A stretch of 64,000 bases of DNA from contig CAWEZH010000002.1 in the NCBI GenBank assembly GCA_963813535.1, positions 1,952,001 to 2,016,000 of the forward strand, given 5' to 3'. This DNA is from an uncultured Chloroflexia bacterium (GTDB lineage Bacteria > Chloroflexota > Limnocylindria > Limnocylindrales > CSP1-4). Of the stretch, positions 41,214 to 51,544 are shown piece by piece. The notes beneath the pieces were generated by a model, which searched no databases, had not been told where the DNA came from, and saw only the letters and a list, made by a program, of their open reading frames with translations. The stretch's first letter is position 1. Each line of letters starts with the position of its first letter. The translations under genes were made by a program, and so were the position numbers.

Positions 41214-41376
41214 TGGGGATTGGCGAGTCTAGCGCATCGTGGATGAACCTTCACCGCTCGCCTCCCCTGCCCTGAACCGTTCTGGGGCATGCTTCCCGAT
41301 GCCGGACGGACGTCCGGCGCGTCTGCGCGGCGACCGCGCGGCCGAGCGTCCCCGCCGCACGAGCCCGATGCCTCCG

Positions 41377-42753
41377 ATGGACACCGACCCGATCCCGAAC
41401 CAGCCGACCACCGACCACGAGCCGCCGGGCGCGACCTCCCTCGCGCCGGGTCCCTCCCAGGTTCCGACGTCTTCGGCGACTGGTCACGGTGGCCGGACGG
41501 CGGCCATCGGTGCGGTCGTCGCGCTCGCGATGGTGGTGACGTTCACTGCCGGGATCGGGGTCGGACGACTGGTCGCGCCTCCTGGCGCTCCGGACGGGAC
41601 GGCCCCGAACCCAGGCTCCTCGCAGGGTGCCACCGAGTTCGGCCTCATCAGGGAGGCCTGGGACACGCTCCACCAGCAATTCGTCGGACGGGACGACCTT
41701 GACGACCGCGCGCTCATCTACGGGGCGATCGAAGGGCTGACCCAGGCGGTCGGCGACACCGGCCACACCGACTTCATGACGCCCGAGGAGCGCAAGCAGC
41801 GCAACGACTCGCTGTCGGGCTCGTACGTCGGCATCGGTGTCCGGATCGAGCCGGACGACGCCGGCTTGCCCAAGATCATCGGCGTCTTCGAGGGCAGCCC
41901 GGCCGAGACGGCGGGTCTCGTGCCCGATGACGTCATCATGGCCGTGGACGGGAAACGCACCGAGGACACGTCGATCGACCAGGTGGCAGGCTGGGTCCGC
42001 GGCGAGGCGGGCTCGACCGTCGAGCTGACCGTCCGCCGTGGCGCCGACGGTCCGGAGCGGACGGTACCGATCGTCCGCGCCGACGTTCCGATCCAGCCCG
42101 TGTCGTGGACGCTCGTGCCCGGCACCAAGACGGCGCTGTTCCGGCTTGAGCAGTTCTCCAACGGCGCCGCGGACGACATGGTCGAGACGCTGAAGGCTGC
42201 GCGGGCGGCCGGGGCGGACCGGATCGTGCTCGATATGCGGGGCAACCCGGGTGGCTACGTGAACGAGGCGGTCGGCGTCGCCAGCCAGTTCCTCACCAGC
42301 GGTCTCGTGTACGTCGAGCGCAACGCCGCCGGCGACCGGACGGAGCATCCCGTGTCGGCGAACGGCGTCGCGACCGATCTGCCGCTGGTCGTCGTCGTCG
42401 ACGGCAACACGGCGAGCTCGGCCGAGATCGTGTCCGGAGCGCTCCAGGACGCGGGTCGTGCCAAGGTCGTCGGCGAGACGACCTTCGGGACCGGGACCGT
42501 GCTCGGCGAGTTCGACCTGTCTGACGGATCGGCGCTGCGTGTCGGGACGGTCGAATGGCTGACGCCGAGCGGTCGGCGGATCTGGCACGAGGGGATCGCC
42601 CCTGACGTGCCGGTGGCCTTGCCCACAGAGACGCAGCCCCTCAGCCCCGAGGACGTGGCACGGCTGACCGCGGCTGCGGTCGGGTCCATCGACGACACAC
42701 AACTCGCCAGGGCCCTCGAGCTCGTGCGAACGGAGCAAGTCGCCACCAGATAG
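41377..42753 (+). CDS. ctpA: S41 family C-terminal processing protease (TM + PDZ + protease); start uncertain
   Basis: YVGIGVRI, GSPAETAGL (PDZ), LDMRGNPGG, TASSAE, WLTPSG. Confidence 0.9.
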   Translation: MDTDPIPNQPTTDHEPPGATSLAPGPSQVPTSSATGHGGRTAAIGAVVALAMVVTFTAGIGVGRLVAPPGAPDGTAPNPGSSQGATEFGLIREAWDTLHQQFVGRDDLDDRALIYGAIEGLTQAVGDTGHTDFMTPEERKQRNDSLSGSYVGIGVRIEPDDAGLPKIIGVFEGSPAETAGLVPDDVIMAVDGKRTEDTSIDQVAGWVRGEAGSTVELTVRRGADGPERTVPIVRADVPIQPVSWTLVPGTKTALFRLEQFSNGAADDMVETLKAARAAGADRIVLDMRGNPGGYVNEAVGVASQFLTSGLVYVERNAAGDRTEHPVSANGVATDLPLVVVVDGNTASSAEIVSGALQDAGRAKVVGETTFGTGTVLGEFDLSDGSALRVGTVEWLTPSGRRIWHEGIAPDVPVALPTETQPLSPEDVARLTAAAVGSIDDTQLARALELVRTEQVATR

Positions 42754-42834
42754 GGACGGCCTGATCGTCCCTTGGCACCCACAGCGACACCGTCGGCATC
42801 GGCGACACCTTCACAGGACTGCTACCGTCGGGAT

Positions 42835-44052
42835 GTGGCCACCACACCCGACGTCCTCATCATCGGCGGCGGCATCATCGGCAGTGCGACCGCGTACCAC
42901 CTCGCCCGGCGCGGAGCGTCGGTGACGTTGCTCGAAGCGAGCTCGCTGGCCTACGGCGCGACCGGTCGCAACCTGGGCTACATCTGGGTCCACACGCGTC
43001 GGCCCGGCCCCGAGCTCGAGCTCGTGATGCACCTCCGTCGCGAGCTCGAAGGGTTGCCGGAAGAGCTCGGCGCCGACTTCGGCCTGCGCACGGACGGTGG
43101 CCTGCTCTACGTGCACACCGAGGCCCAGCTGGCGACGCTCCGGGAATTCGTGGCGGGACGCCAGGCGGACGGCGTCGACATCCGGATGCTCGACGGCGAT
43201 GAAGCACGCTCGATGGCGCCGATCCTGCCAGACAGCGTGATCGGCGCCTCCTTCTGCCCCCTCGACGCCCAGATGGACTCGACCCGCTATGTGCGGGCGT
43301 TCGCGGCCGCCGCGGAGCGCGCCGGTGCGCGTGTGGTGGAAGGGACGGCGGTCCGAGGGTTCCAGCGCGACGGAGCGAATGTGACGGGCGTCGAGACCGA
43401 CGACGGGCCGATCACGGCCGGCTCTGTCGTCGTGGCTGCCGGTGCCTGGACGACCTCGTTGCTGGAAGGTCTCGACGTCGAGGTCCCGATCTTCCCGATG
43501 CGCCTCCAGATCGTCCAGACCGGGCCGATGCCGAGACTGCTCGGTCCGGTCCTCTATGGCCCGGGCGCGGTCAAGCAGTACCTGATCTTCCGCGAGCTGC
43601 CGAGCTTCCATGCCGAGGATTGGGCGAACGACGCCGAGGACCGCTACGGACGGATGCTGCTCGAAGCCGTCTGCCAGCGCGACGACGGCTCGTACCTGCT
43701 CGGCTGTGCCGTGGACTACCCCGGTCACGTCTGGGAGCCGGACGTTGCCGGGGTCGGGCTCGTCACCGATGCCATCCCCCACTCGATGCCTGCACTGCAG
43801 GGTGCCTCGTTCGCACGGGCGTGGGCCGGTGTCCTCCCGTACACCGCCGACAACCTGCCGATCGTCGATGCGCTGCCCGGGTTCGACAACGTCTACGTCG
43901 CCGCAGGCCACGTCTTCGGGAATGGGGCCGGGCCGACCACCGGGAGGCTGATGGCGGACCTCATCTGCGGGGCCGAACCGCCGATGGACATGACCCCGTT
44001 CCGTGCCGACCGTCCGAGCCTCACCCCGTCGGCCGACGGGAGCGTCTGGTGA
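42835..44052 (+). CDS. FAD-dependent oxidoreductase (DAO / glycine oxidase family)
   Basis: DVLIIGGGIIG, GATGRNLG, VVAAGAWT, YTADNLPI, AAGH. Confidence 0.92.
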   Translation: MATTPDVLIIGGGIIGSATAYHLARRGASVTLLEASSLAYGATGRNLGYIWVHTRRPGPELELVMHLRRELEGLPEELGADFGLRTDGGLLYVHTEAQLATLREFVAGRQADGVDIRMLDGDEARSMAPILPDSVIGASFCPLDAQMDSTRYVRAFAAAAERAGARVVEGTAVRGFQRDGANVTGVETDDGPITAGSVVVAAGAWTTSLLEGLDVEVPIFPMRLQIVQTGPMPRLLGPVLYGPGAVKQYLIFRELPSFHAEDWANDAEDRYGRMLLEAVCQRDDGSYLLGCAVDYPGHVWEPDVAGVGLVTDAIPHSMPALQGASFARAWAGVLPYTADNLPIVDALPGFDNVYVAAGHVFGNGAGPTTGRLMADLICGAEPPMDMTPFRADRPSLTPSADGSVW

Positions 44053-44861
44053 CGATGGGCGACGAGACACGCCGCATCGCCTTCATCAATCCGTTCGGCA
44101 CAGCGGCCTTCGACGAGATCATCGAGGACACGCTCGTCCCGTACGCCGGACCCGCGACCACGGTGGACGTGATCCATCTCGACGGGGTGCCGGAGAACAT
44201 CGACTACTACTACCCCAAGCACCTCATGGAGGTCGCCATCTTCCGCGCCGTGAGGCGGCTCGAGGGCGAGGGCTATGACGCGGTCGTGGTCGGTTGCTGC
44301 TACGACCCAGGCGTCAAGGTCGCCCGCGAGCTCGTCGACATCCCGGTCATCGGGCCGCTCGAGGCGGCCATGAACCATGCCTCGTACTTCGGCCACCGAT
44401 TCACGGTCATCACCGACCACCGCAAGGCCGTGCCATGGCTCGAGGACCTGGTGCGCCTCCACGGGGCGGCCAACTGCCGCGGTGTGCGCTGCATCGACTG
44501 GTACATCACCGACATGATCCGCGACCCATCGGCCGTGGCCGACGATGCCGCGGCCCGATCGTTGACGGCGCTCGACGAGGATGGCTCGGAGGTGATCATC
44601 CTCGGTTGCACGATCATCGCCGGCTGCCTCGAGCGCGAGATCATGACGACGGGCCGCCACCGCGAGCTGCCGATCCTCAATCCGAATCTGTTGGCACTCA
44701 AGGCCGCCGAGACCCTCGCCGACCTGCACAAGGCCGGGAAGTACTCGATCAGCCGCATGGGTCAATACCAGCGACACGAGCAACACGATGCGACGGAGGC
44801 GGCTGACGTCTGGCGGCGCTGGCGGCTCGTCGACCTGGATCATCCCGACGCCGGCGCATGA
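44049..44861 (+). CDS. Asp/Glu/hydantoin racemase family protein
   Basis: IAFINP, VVGCCYDPG, IPVIGP, IILGCT (two-Cys active site). Confidence 0.9.
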   Translation: MTMGDETRRIAFINPFGTAAFDEIIEDTLVPYAGPATTVDVIHLDGVPENIDYYYPKHLMEVAIFRAVRRLEGEGYDAVVVGCCYDPGVKVARELVDIPVIGPLEAAMNHASYFGHRFTVITDHRKAVPWLEDLVRLHGAANCRGVRCIDWYITDMIRDPSAVADDAAARSLTALDEDGSEVIILGCTIIAGCLEREIMTTGRHRELPILNPNLLALKAAETLADLHKAGKYSISRMGQYQRHEQHDATEAADVWRRWRLVDLDHPDAGA

Positions 44862-45851
44862 GCGTCGAGACGCATTCGGTCGAGGCGACGGCGCGACGGG
44901 TGGTCGCCGACTACCTTGCCGTCCGACCGCGTGAACGGTTCGCGATCGTCATCGATACCCGGACCGACCAGGAGATCCCGGGCGCCCTCGCCGCGGTGGC
45001 GCGCGACATCGGAGCGGAGCCGGTCGTCGTGACGATCGAGCCGCTTGCCCAGAGCGGCGCCGAACCGCCAGCCGGACGCAGCCCGCGCGATGCTCACCGC
45101 CGACGTCATCCTGTGTGCGGCCAGCACATCGCTCTATCACACCGCGGCCAAGGCGGCCGCGCAGCGGGCCGGCGCACGTGGCGATTTCAATGCGCCGTAT
45201 CGCGCCGACGCGTGGCGCGCTGGCGCGATGACGGCCGACTTCTTCGCGATCCGCGAGCAGGCCGAGCGACTCGCTGCCCTCTGGCGGGGGACAAACGAGG
45301 TCCGCATCACGTCTCCGGCGGGTACGGACCTGCGGGCGACGGTGCGCGGGCGGGAACCGGTCGCCTGGCGCACCGGGATCTGTCGCGAACCAGGCGAGGT
45401 CTCGGCGCTGCCCGGCGGTGAGGTGTCCGTTCCGCCGCTCGAGGCGACGGCGAACGGGGTCGTCGTCTGGGAGCGCGTCGCGTCGGACCTCGGGGCCCTC
45501 GACGAACCCGTCCGCTTCACAGTCCGCGACGGCCGCGCGGTCGACGTCGAAGGCGGCCGCTCCGCCGCGCGACTTCGCGACATCGTGGCGAGCGTGGTGG
45601 ACGCCGACAACATCGCCGAGATCGGCATCGGCCTCAACCCGGCGGCCCGGATCGCGGACGAGATCACCGAGGCGAAGAAGGCGTACGGCACGGTCCATAT
45701 CGCGCTCGGCGACTCGGCCAACGAGTACGGCGGGACGGTCGAATGCGACGTCCATCTCGATGGGCTGGTCATGGCGCCGACGATCACGTTCGACGACAGG
45801 GCGGTCGTCGTCGACGGCCGCCACGTGTACGCCGGTGCATCGGAGGCGTGA
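44858..45851 (+). pseudogene. M29-like metallo-aminopeptidase fold protein, frameshifted near 45074 (real lesion or sequencing error)
   Basis: LAVRPRERFAIVID...GAEPP in one frame; AMLTADV...ITSPAGTDL...LPGGE...IAEIGIGLNP...GTVHIALGD...HLDG in the next. Confidence 0.82.
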
Positions 45852-45855
45852 GTCG

Positions 45856-47169
45856 ATGACGCGCTATCCGGGACCGAAGGCCCGCGTCCTCATCGAGCGC
45901 ATGCGCCGAGTCGAAGGTGCCGGCCCTCGGACCGGCGCCGGCGAACCGTTGGTCATCGATCACGCGGCCGGCGCCACCCTCGTCGACCCAGACGGCAACC
46001 GCTTCACCGACCTGGCAGGCAGCTTCGCGGCTGCGACGATCGGCCACAGCCACCCCGACGTGGTGACGGCGGTCGAAGCCCAGATCGGCGCCGCGAGTCA
46101 CGTGTCGTCAGCGGCGATCAGCGAGCAGCGTGTCGGGTTCGAGGAGGACCTCGTCGGGATCGCCCCGCAGGGACTCGACCGCGTCCTGCTCGGGATCAGC
46201 GGCGCCGACGCGAACGACACGGCCGTGAAGCTCGCACGGACCCTCACCGGTCGACGCGAGGTGCTCGCGTTCTCGGGTGGGTACTTCGGTCGGGCCGGCG
46301 GAGTCGTCGGTCTGAACGGGAAGGCGTCGTTCCGGTCGCGGGCCGGCGTCGATCCGGACGCCCATTTCCTGCCGTTCCCGGATCCGTATCGCTGGCCGGA
46401 TGAGCTGGGCGGGCCGGCCGTTGCGGGCGATGCGGCGCTTCAGCTGGTCCGCGATGCGCTGGAGGATCCGGCGTCGGGGATCGGCCCCCTCGCGGCGATC
46501 GTCGTCGAACCGGTCCAGGGCAACGGTGGCATCGTGAGTCCGCCGGACGGGTTCCTGGCCGGGCTCCGGGCGCTGTGCGACGCGCACGGGGTCGTGCTGA
46601 TCTTCGATGAGATCCAGGCCGGGTTCGGGCGCACCGGCAGGATGTGGGCGGCGGAGCACGCGGGCGTCGTGCCCGACCTCATGACGGTCGGCAAGGGCAT
46701 CGGCGGCGGCATGGCGCTGTCGGCCGTGGTCGGGAACGCCGGATCCATGAGCCACTGGTCCGCCGGCACCCATACGTCCACCTTCCTCGGGAACGCCGTG
46801 AACCTGGCGGCCGGCCGGGCCGCGATCCGGGTCATGTGCCGCGACCGGCTGTGGGAGCGATCGGCCGGCCTCGGCTCGCGCCTCCTCGACCGGCTGGCCG
46901 AGGGTCTCGACGGAGTAGCGCATGTCGGGGATATCCGGGGCCGAGGCCTGTTCATCGGCATCGAGCTGGTCAGTGACAGGGCGACGAAGAAGCCCGATCC
47001 GGAGGCCTGCGCAGCCGTCCGCGAGCACGCCTTCGATGCGGGCGTCGTCGTTGCCGTCGCCGGTCGATACGAGCAGGTCGTGAAGATCAGCCCGCCCCTG
47101 ACGATCGATGAGCGCCAGGCGAACGACGCGATCGACGTGGTGATCGATGCGATCCGGAGGAGTCGATGA
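45856..47169 (+). CDS. Class III PLP aminotransferase (GabT-like)
   Basis: DPDGNRFTD, EPVQGNGG, FDEIQAGFGRTG, TVGKGIGGG, STFLGN. Confidence 0.93.
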   Translation: MTRYPGPKARVLIERMRRVEGAGPRTGAGEPLVIDHAAGATLVDPDGNRFTDLAGSFAAATIGHSHPDVVTAVEAQIGAASHVSSAAISEQRVGFEEDLVGIAPQGLDRVLLGISGADANDTAVKLARTLTGRREVLAFSGGYFGRAGGVVGLNGKASFRSRAGVDPDAHFLPFPDPYRWPDELGGPAVAGDAALQLVRDALEDPASGIGPLAAIVVEPVQGNGGIVSPPDGFLAGLRALCDAHGVVLIFDEIQAGFGRTGRMWAAEHAGVVPDLMTVGKGIGGGMALSAVVGNAGSMSHWSAGTHTSTFLGNAVNLAAGRAAIRVMCRDRLWERSAGLGSRLLDRLAEGLDGVAHVGDIRGRGLFIGIELVSDRATKKPDPEACAAVREHAFDAGVVVAVAGRYEQVVKISPPLTIDERQANDAIDVVIDAIRRSR

Positions 47170-48653
47170 TCGAGACCGGGACGGCGGCGCGAGAGGTCTT
47201 CAACTACATCGACGGCGGCTGGGTCCCCAGCAGCGGCGAGACATTCGAGAGCCGCGACCCGGCCACGGGTGACCTCGTCGCGACCGCGACCGCCTCCACG
47301 CTCGACGACGTGTCCGCGGCCATCGAGGCCGCCCGTCGCGCATTCGACCAGACCGGCTGGCCGACGACGGCGGGCAAGGAGCGTGCGGCGATCCTGTACG
47401 AGCTCGCCCGGCTCCTGCGTGAGGAGTCGCCGCGACTGGCCGAGCTCGTCGCTCGAGAGATGGGCAAGCCGATCCGGTACGTCCGCGAACGGGAGCTCGA
47501 GCCGGCCATCGACCGCATCCTGTTCTACGCCGGGGCAGCGAGGCTCATCCAGGGCGACGTCACGAGCTCGGCGCCGGGCCACCTGCTCAACCTGGTCCTG
47601 AAGGAGCCCGTCGGCGTGTGCGGGCTCATCACGCCCTGGAACGACCCCGTCGACCTGCCCTTGCGCAAGATCGGTGCCGCGATCGCCACCGGCTGCACGT
47701 TCGTGCTGAAACCGGCCAGCGACGCCCCGGCCTCGTCGATGGCGATCTTCGAGCTGCTCGACCGGATCGAAGCGCTGCCCCCAGGTGTCGCCAACGGCGT
47801 CGTCGGGCAAGGCGAGGTCATCGGTGAGGCGCTTGCCGCCGACCCGCACGTCGACAAGATCAGCTTCACCGGCAGCAGCGAGGTCGGCCGCCGGCTGATC
47901 GAGCTCGGCGCGCGAAACTTCAAGCGGGTCGCGATCGAAGGCGGCGGAAAAGCACCGGTGATCGTGTTCCCGGACGCGAACCTCGACAAGGCGCTCGACG
48001 CGGTCGCTGTCGGCATCTTCCTGTACGCCGGTCAGTCATGTACCGCGGGATCCCGACTGCTGCTCCATCGGTCGATCCACGACGCGTTCCTCGACGGGCT
48101 GATCGCCCGGGCCAGGGCGCTCAAGGTCGGGTCACCGCTCGAGGAGGACACGCAGCTCGGCCCGATGGTCTCGGCCCGCCAGCTCGATCGTGTCCTGGGA
48201 TATGTCGAGCAAGGTCGCAAGGAGCAGGCTCGCCTCATCCTCGGCGGAGAGCGGCTCGGCGGTGACTGGGCGAACGGCTACTACATGGCGCCGACCATCT
48301 TCGATGACGTCCGCTCCGACATGGCCATCGCGCGCGAGGAGATCTTCGGGCCGGTCCTGTCGGTCTTGACCTTCGATGACGAGGACGAGGCCCTCGCCAT
48401 CGCCAACGACAACCCGCTCGGTCTCGGCAGTGCGGTCTGGACCAGGGATCTCGACCGTGCCATCCGCCTCGCCAGGCGGCTCCGCGTCGGCGACGTGTGG
48501 GTCAACACGCACTATGTCCGCCTGGCCGAGAGCCCGTTCGGCGGCGTCAAGGGCAGCGGCATCGGCCGCGAGCTCGGCATGGAAGGGCTCGACGAATACC
48601 TCGAGACGAAGCGCATCTGTATCGATAGCTCCCCGACGTTCCACATCCGCTGA
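47166..48653 (+). CDS. NAD(P)-dependent aldehyde dehydrogenase
   Basis: TPWNDP, FTGSSEVG, EGGGKAP, AGQSCTAG, EEIFGPV. Confidence 0.94.
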   Translation: MIETGTAAREVFNYIDGGWVPSSGETFESRDPATGDLVATATASTLDDVSAAIEAARRAFDQTGWPTTAGKERAAILYELARLLREESPRLAELVAREMGKPIRYVRERELEPAIDRILFYAGAARLIQGDVTSSAPGHLLNLVLKEPVGVCGLITPWNDPVDLPLRKIGAAIATGCTFVLKPASDAPASSMAIFELLDRIEALPPGVANGVVGQGEVIGEALAADPHVDKISFTGSSEVGRRLIELGARNFKRVAIEGGGKAPVIVFPDANLDKALDAVAVGIFLYAGQSCTAGSRLLLHRSIHDAFLDGLIARARALKVGSPLEEDTQLGPMVSARQLDRVLGYVEQGRKEQARLILGGERLGGDWANGYYMAPTIFDDVRSDMAIAREEIFGPVLSVLTFDDEDEALAIANDNPLGLGSAVWTRDLDRAIRLARRLRVGDVWVNTHYVRLAESPFGGVKGSGIGRELGMEGLDEYLETKRICIDSSPTFHIR

Positions 48654-48654
48654 C

Positions 48655-50148
48655 GTGGCGTCACGCCGCATCTCCCCAACGGAGCCGGCGCCGAGCCCCC
48701 CACGGCGCCGGGTCCGATACACCTTCGACGGGCGTTCGCTCGAAGGTTTCGACGGCGAGCCGCTGGCCGTCGCGCTGTTGGCTGCGGACCGGCCGATCCT
48801 GTCGCGCAGCTTCCGGTTCCACCGCCCGCGCGGGCTCATGTGCGACACGGGTCAATGCGGCTGGTGCGAGTGCGAGATCGACGGTCGCCCCAGCGTCCGG
48901 TCGTGCCAGGTGCCGGTGCGGGAGGGACTGGTGGCTCGCGGCGAACACGCCTGGCCGTCGGTCCAGCGGGATCTGTTCGGGCTGCTCGATCTCGGCTCGC
49001 GGCTCGTCCCGCCGACGTTCTACCACCATCGATTCCTCCGGCCCCGGAGGCTTCGGAGGCGCTACCTCGACGTCATCCGGCGGTTCGGCGGCCGTGGCCG
49101 GCTGCCGGTCGGCCGCTCGGCAGCACCTCGGTCGCGCGTGGCACGCACCCTCGAGGTCGACGTCCTGGTCATCGGCGGCGGGCGCTCGGGAGTCGCCGCT
49201 GCGGACGAGGCGGCAGAACGCGGATCGAGCGTGGCGCTGCTCGAGACCGTCGCTCAGCGCGCCCATCCGCGGCATCCCGGGATCCGTTTCCTCGATGGGG
49301 CGACGGCCGTGGGTTGGTACGACGGGATCGTCACTGCCATCGACGACTCCGCGTCGTGGTCGATCCGAGCGGGATCCGTCATCGCCGCGACCGGGACCTA
49401 CGAGCGCGTGCCCGCAGTCCGGGGAGCGGATCGGCCGGGCGTGATCGGCGCGCGGCGGGCCATCGACCTCGTCACGACGCACGGCGTCCTGCCCGGCGAA
49501 CGGCCGCTGCTCGTCGGGGAGCCTGGGGACCTGGCCGGGGCGCAGGCCGCGCTCGAGCGAGCCGGCGCGCGGTTGACGGGTCCGGTCCCGACCTCCGCCC
49601 TTCGACGCGTCCTCGGTCGACGTCGGGTGACAGGCGCCGTCGTCGGCGGTACAGGCCGAGCACGGCGTCTGTCGGTCGACCTCGTCGTCTTCGGCGATCG
49701 GACGCCCAACCTCGACCTCGTGCTGGCGGCCGGCGCATCCGTCGAACAGCGCGACGGTGTCCTCCGACCGATCCTCGACGACGCCGGCCGGACGACGGTG
49801 CCGATGCTCTCGGTCGTCGGCTCGGCGACGGGCGCCGGGGTCGCGAGCGCCGCCGTCCGACCGGCCCGCAGGGCGCTCCTGTGTTTCTGTGAGGACGTCC
49901 ACGCGGACGAGATCGAGGCACAGCTCGTCGCGGGCTACGGCGACCCCGAACTGGTCAAGCGGCGGACCGGTGCCCTGACCGGGCCGTGCCAGGGGAAGTA
50001 CTGCCTCCAGGCGTTCGCGAGCACCGTGGCCGGTGCGTCTGGTACGGACGGCCTGACCTCCCCGTTGCCGCTGCCGACCGCTCGGCCGCCACTGCGCCCG
50101 ATCCGCCTCGGCGACCTCGTCGCGACCGAGGGAACGCAGGACGCATGA
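48655..50148 (+). CDS. Sarcosine-oxidase / proline-dehydrogenase / opine-oxidase alpha-like subunit (N-terminal 2Fe-2S, FAD/NAD-binding, C-terminal BFD-like)
   Basis: SRSFRFHRPRGLMCDTGQCGWC...RSC; VLVIGGG; IAATGTYER; CFCEDV...GPCQGKYC...ARPP; no GcvT domain. Confidence 0.85.
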   Translation: MASRRISPTEPAPSPPRRRVRYTFDGRSLEGFDGEPLAVALLAADRPILSRSFRFHRPRGLMCDTGQCGWCECEIDGRPSVRSCQVPVREGLVARGEHAWPSVQRDLFGLLDLGSRLVPPTFYHHRFLRPRRLRRRYLDVIRRFGGRGRLPVGRSAAPRSRVARTLEVDVLVIGGGRSGVAAADEAAERGSSVALLETVAQRAHPRHPGIRFLDGATAVGWYDGIVTAIDDSASWSIRAGSVIAATGTYERVPAVRGADRPGVIGARRAIDLVTTHGVLPGERPLLVGEPGDLAGAQAALERAGARLTGPVPTSALRRVLGRRRVTGAVVGGTGRARRLSVDLVVFGDRTPNLDLVLAAGASVEQRDGVLRPILDDAGRTTVPMLSVVGSATGAGVASAAVRPARRALLCFCEDVHADEIEAQLVAGYGDPELVKRRTGALTGPCQGKYCLQAFASTVAGASGTDGLTSPLPLPTARPPLRPIRLGDLVATEGTQDA

Positions 50149-51341
50149 CGCTGCCACGGACAGCCGACGTCGTCATCGTGGGGGCGGGGATCGGCGGGCT
50201 CGGTGCCGCCCGCGAGCTGGCGGCCCGTGGCGTCCGCCGGATCGTGATCGTCGAGCGGGACTACCCGGGCTCCGGTGCGACCGGCCGGAACGTGGCACGG
50301 ATCCGACGGATGCAGCTCACCGAGGAGCTCTGTCGCGTCGCGATGGCGTGCCAGGACAAATACGAGCGGATGGGCGGCGAGCTCCGCTCGAACGTCCTGT
50401 TCTACCGCCTCGGCTACGCCTGGATCCTGTACGAGCCACAGGAGCTCGAGCGGATGCGCGATGTCGTCGCGATCCACGCGCGACTCGGGATCCGCAGCGC
50501 GCTGCTGTCCCCGGACGAGACGCTACGGCACCTGCCCGTGTTCGAAGGGGGCGAGCCGGTCGCCGGCTCCGTCCTGAGCGACGACGCGATCGTCCACCAC
50601 GATGCCGTCGTCTGGGCACACCTCGATCATCTCGCCGGCCGCGACGTCGAGATCCATCCGCACACGACGGTGACCGGCATCGAACGCGACGCGGGGCATA
50701 TCCGGGCGGTCGTCACCGATCAGGGCCGGATCGAGACCTCGCTCGTGCTCAACGCCGCCGGCGGCTGGTCAGGCCAGCTCAACGCCATGGCCGGCGTGCA
50801 GATGCCGAACCGGCCGCTCCGCCGCGAAGTGCTCGTGACCGCCCCGCTGCGTCGGACGATCGAGGCCGCGGTCACGTTCTACCGTCCGAGCGAGGGCTGG
50901 TTCAACCAGACCCTTCGTGGCGAGGTCGTGATGGGTGCGGTCGACCCCGACGAACCGGCCGGCGTCGAGCAACGTTCGTCGTGGGCATTCCTGCAGCGGA
51001 CCGCGGCGCTGATGACGCGCAAGGCGCCGGCCCTGCGCGACGTCACGGTCATCCGCCAATGGGGCGGGATGTACGACATCACGCCCGACCACCTGCCGAT
51101 CGTCGGCCCGACCGCACAGCTCGGCGGCTGGTGGCAGGCGCTCGGCTGGAGCGGCCGCGGCATGCTGCTGGCCCCGTACCTCACGGAGCTCATGGCCGAG
51201 CACATGGTCGCCGGCGAGGCGCCCGCGATGCTCCGCCCGTTCCTCCCCGATCGGTTCGCGCCGACGGGGGAACCCACCGGGCCGATGGAGACCGACTACT
51301 ACGCGCGCTATCCGGCGGGCTCGTCGGCCCCCGCGCGCTGA
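50145..51341 (+). CDS. FAD-dependent oxidoreductase, sarcosine-oxidase beta-like subunit
   Basis: DVVIVGAGIGG, GATGRN, RQWGGMYDITPDHLPIVG, GWSGRG; ATGA overlap. Confidence 0.9.
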   Translation: MTLPRTADVVIVGAGIGGLGAARELAARGVRRIVIVERDYPGSGATGRNVARIRRMQLTEELCRVAMACQDKYERMGGELRSNVLFYRLGYAWILYEPQELERMRDVVAIHARLGIRSALLSPDETLRHLPVFEGGEPVAGSVLSDDAIVHHDAVVWAHLDHLAGRDVEIHPHTTVTGIERDAGHIRAVVTDQGRIETSLVLNAAGGWSGQLNAMAGVQMPNRPLRREVLVTAPLRRTIEAAVTFYRPSEGWFNQTLRGEVVMGAVDPDEPAGVEQRSSWAFLQRTAALMTRKAPALRDVTVIRQWGGMYDITPDHLPIVGPTAQLGGWWQALGWSGRGMLLAPYLTELMAEHMVAGEAPAMLRPFLPDRFAPTGEPTGPMETDYYARYPAGSSAPAR

Positions 51342-51544
51342 TCCGGCTCGGGCGCCGGTCGCCCCGGCTCGTCGTCGGGGAAGACGACCTCGATGCCGTC
51401 GCCGTCACCCGACACGCCACGCACGGGCTGCGACTTCGCGACGAGCTCGTGGGCGGGCGGCAGCGTCCGGAAGACCTCCTGGTCGAAGCCGACGAGCATC
51501 GAGCCGATCGTCTGGCCCGTCGGACGCTTGCGCTTCTTCGTCAT
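51308..51544 (-). CDS. Small hypothetical protein
   Basis: MTKKRKRPTGQTIGSMLVGFDQEVFRTLPP...; ATGA overlap with MFS gene. Confidence 0.6.
   Translation of the reverse strand: MTKKRKRPTGQTIGSMLVGFDQEVFRTLPPAHELVAKSQPVRGVSGDGDGIEVVFPDDEPGRPAPEPDQRAGADEPAG

Noticed and set aside
48655-51341. Calling these genes soxA/soxB of tetrameric sarcosine oxidase or hcnABC
   Set aside because: Alpha subunit lacks the GcvT domain, no gamma/delta genes, and the context does not fix the substrate
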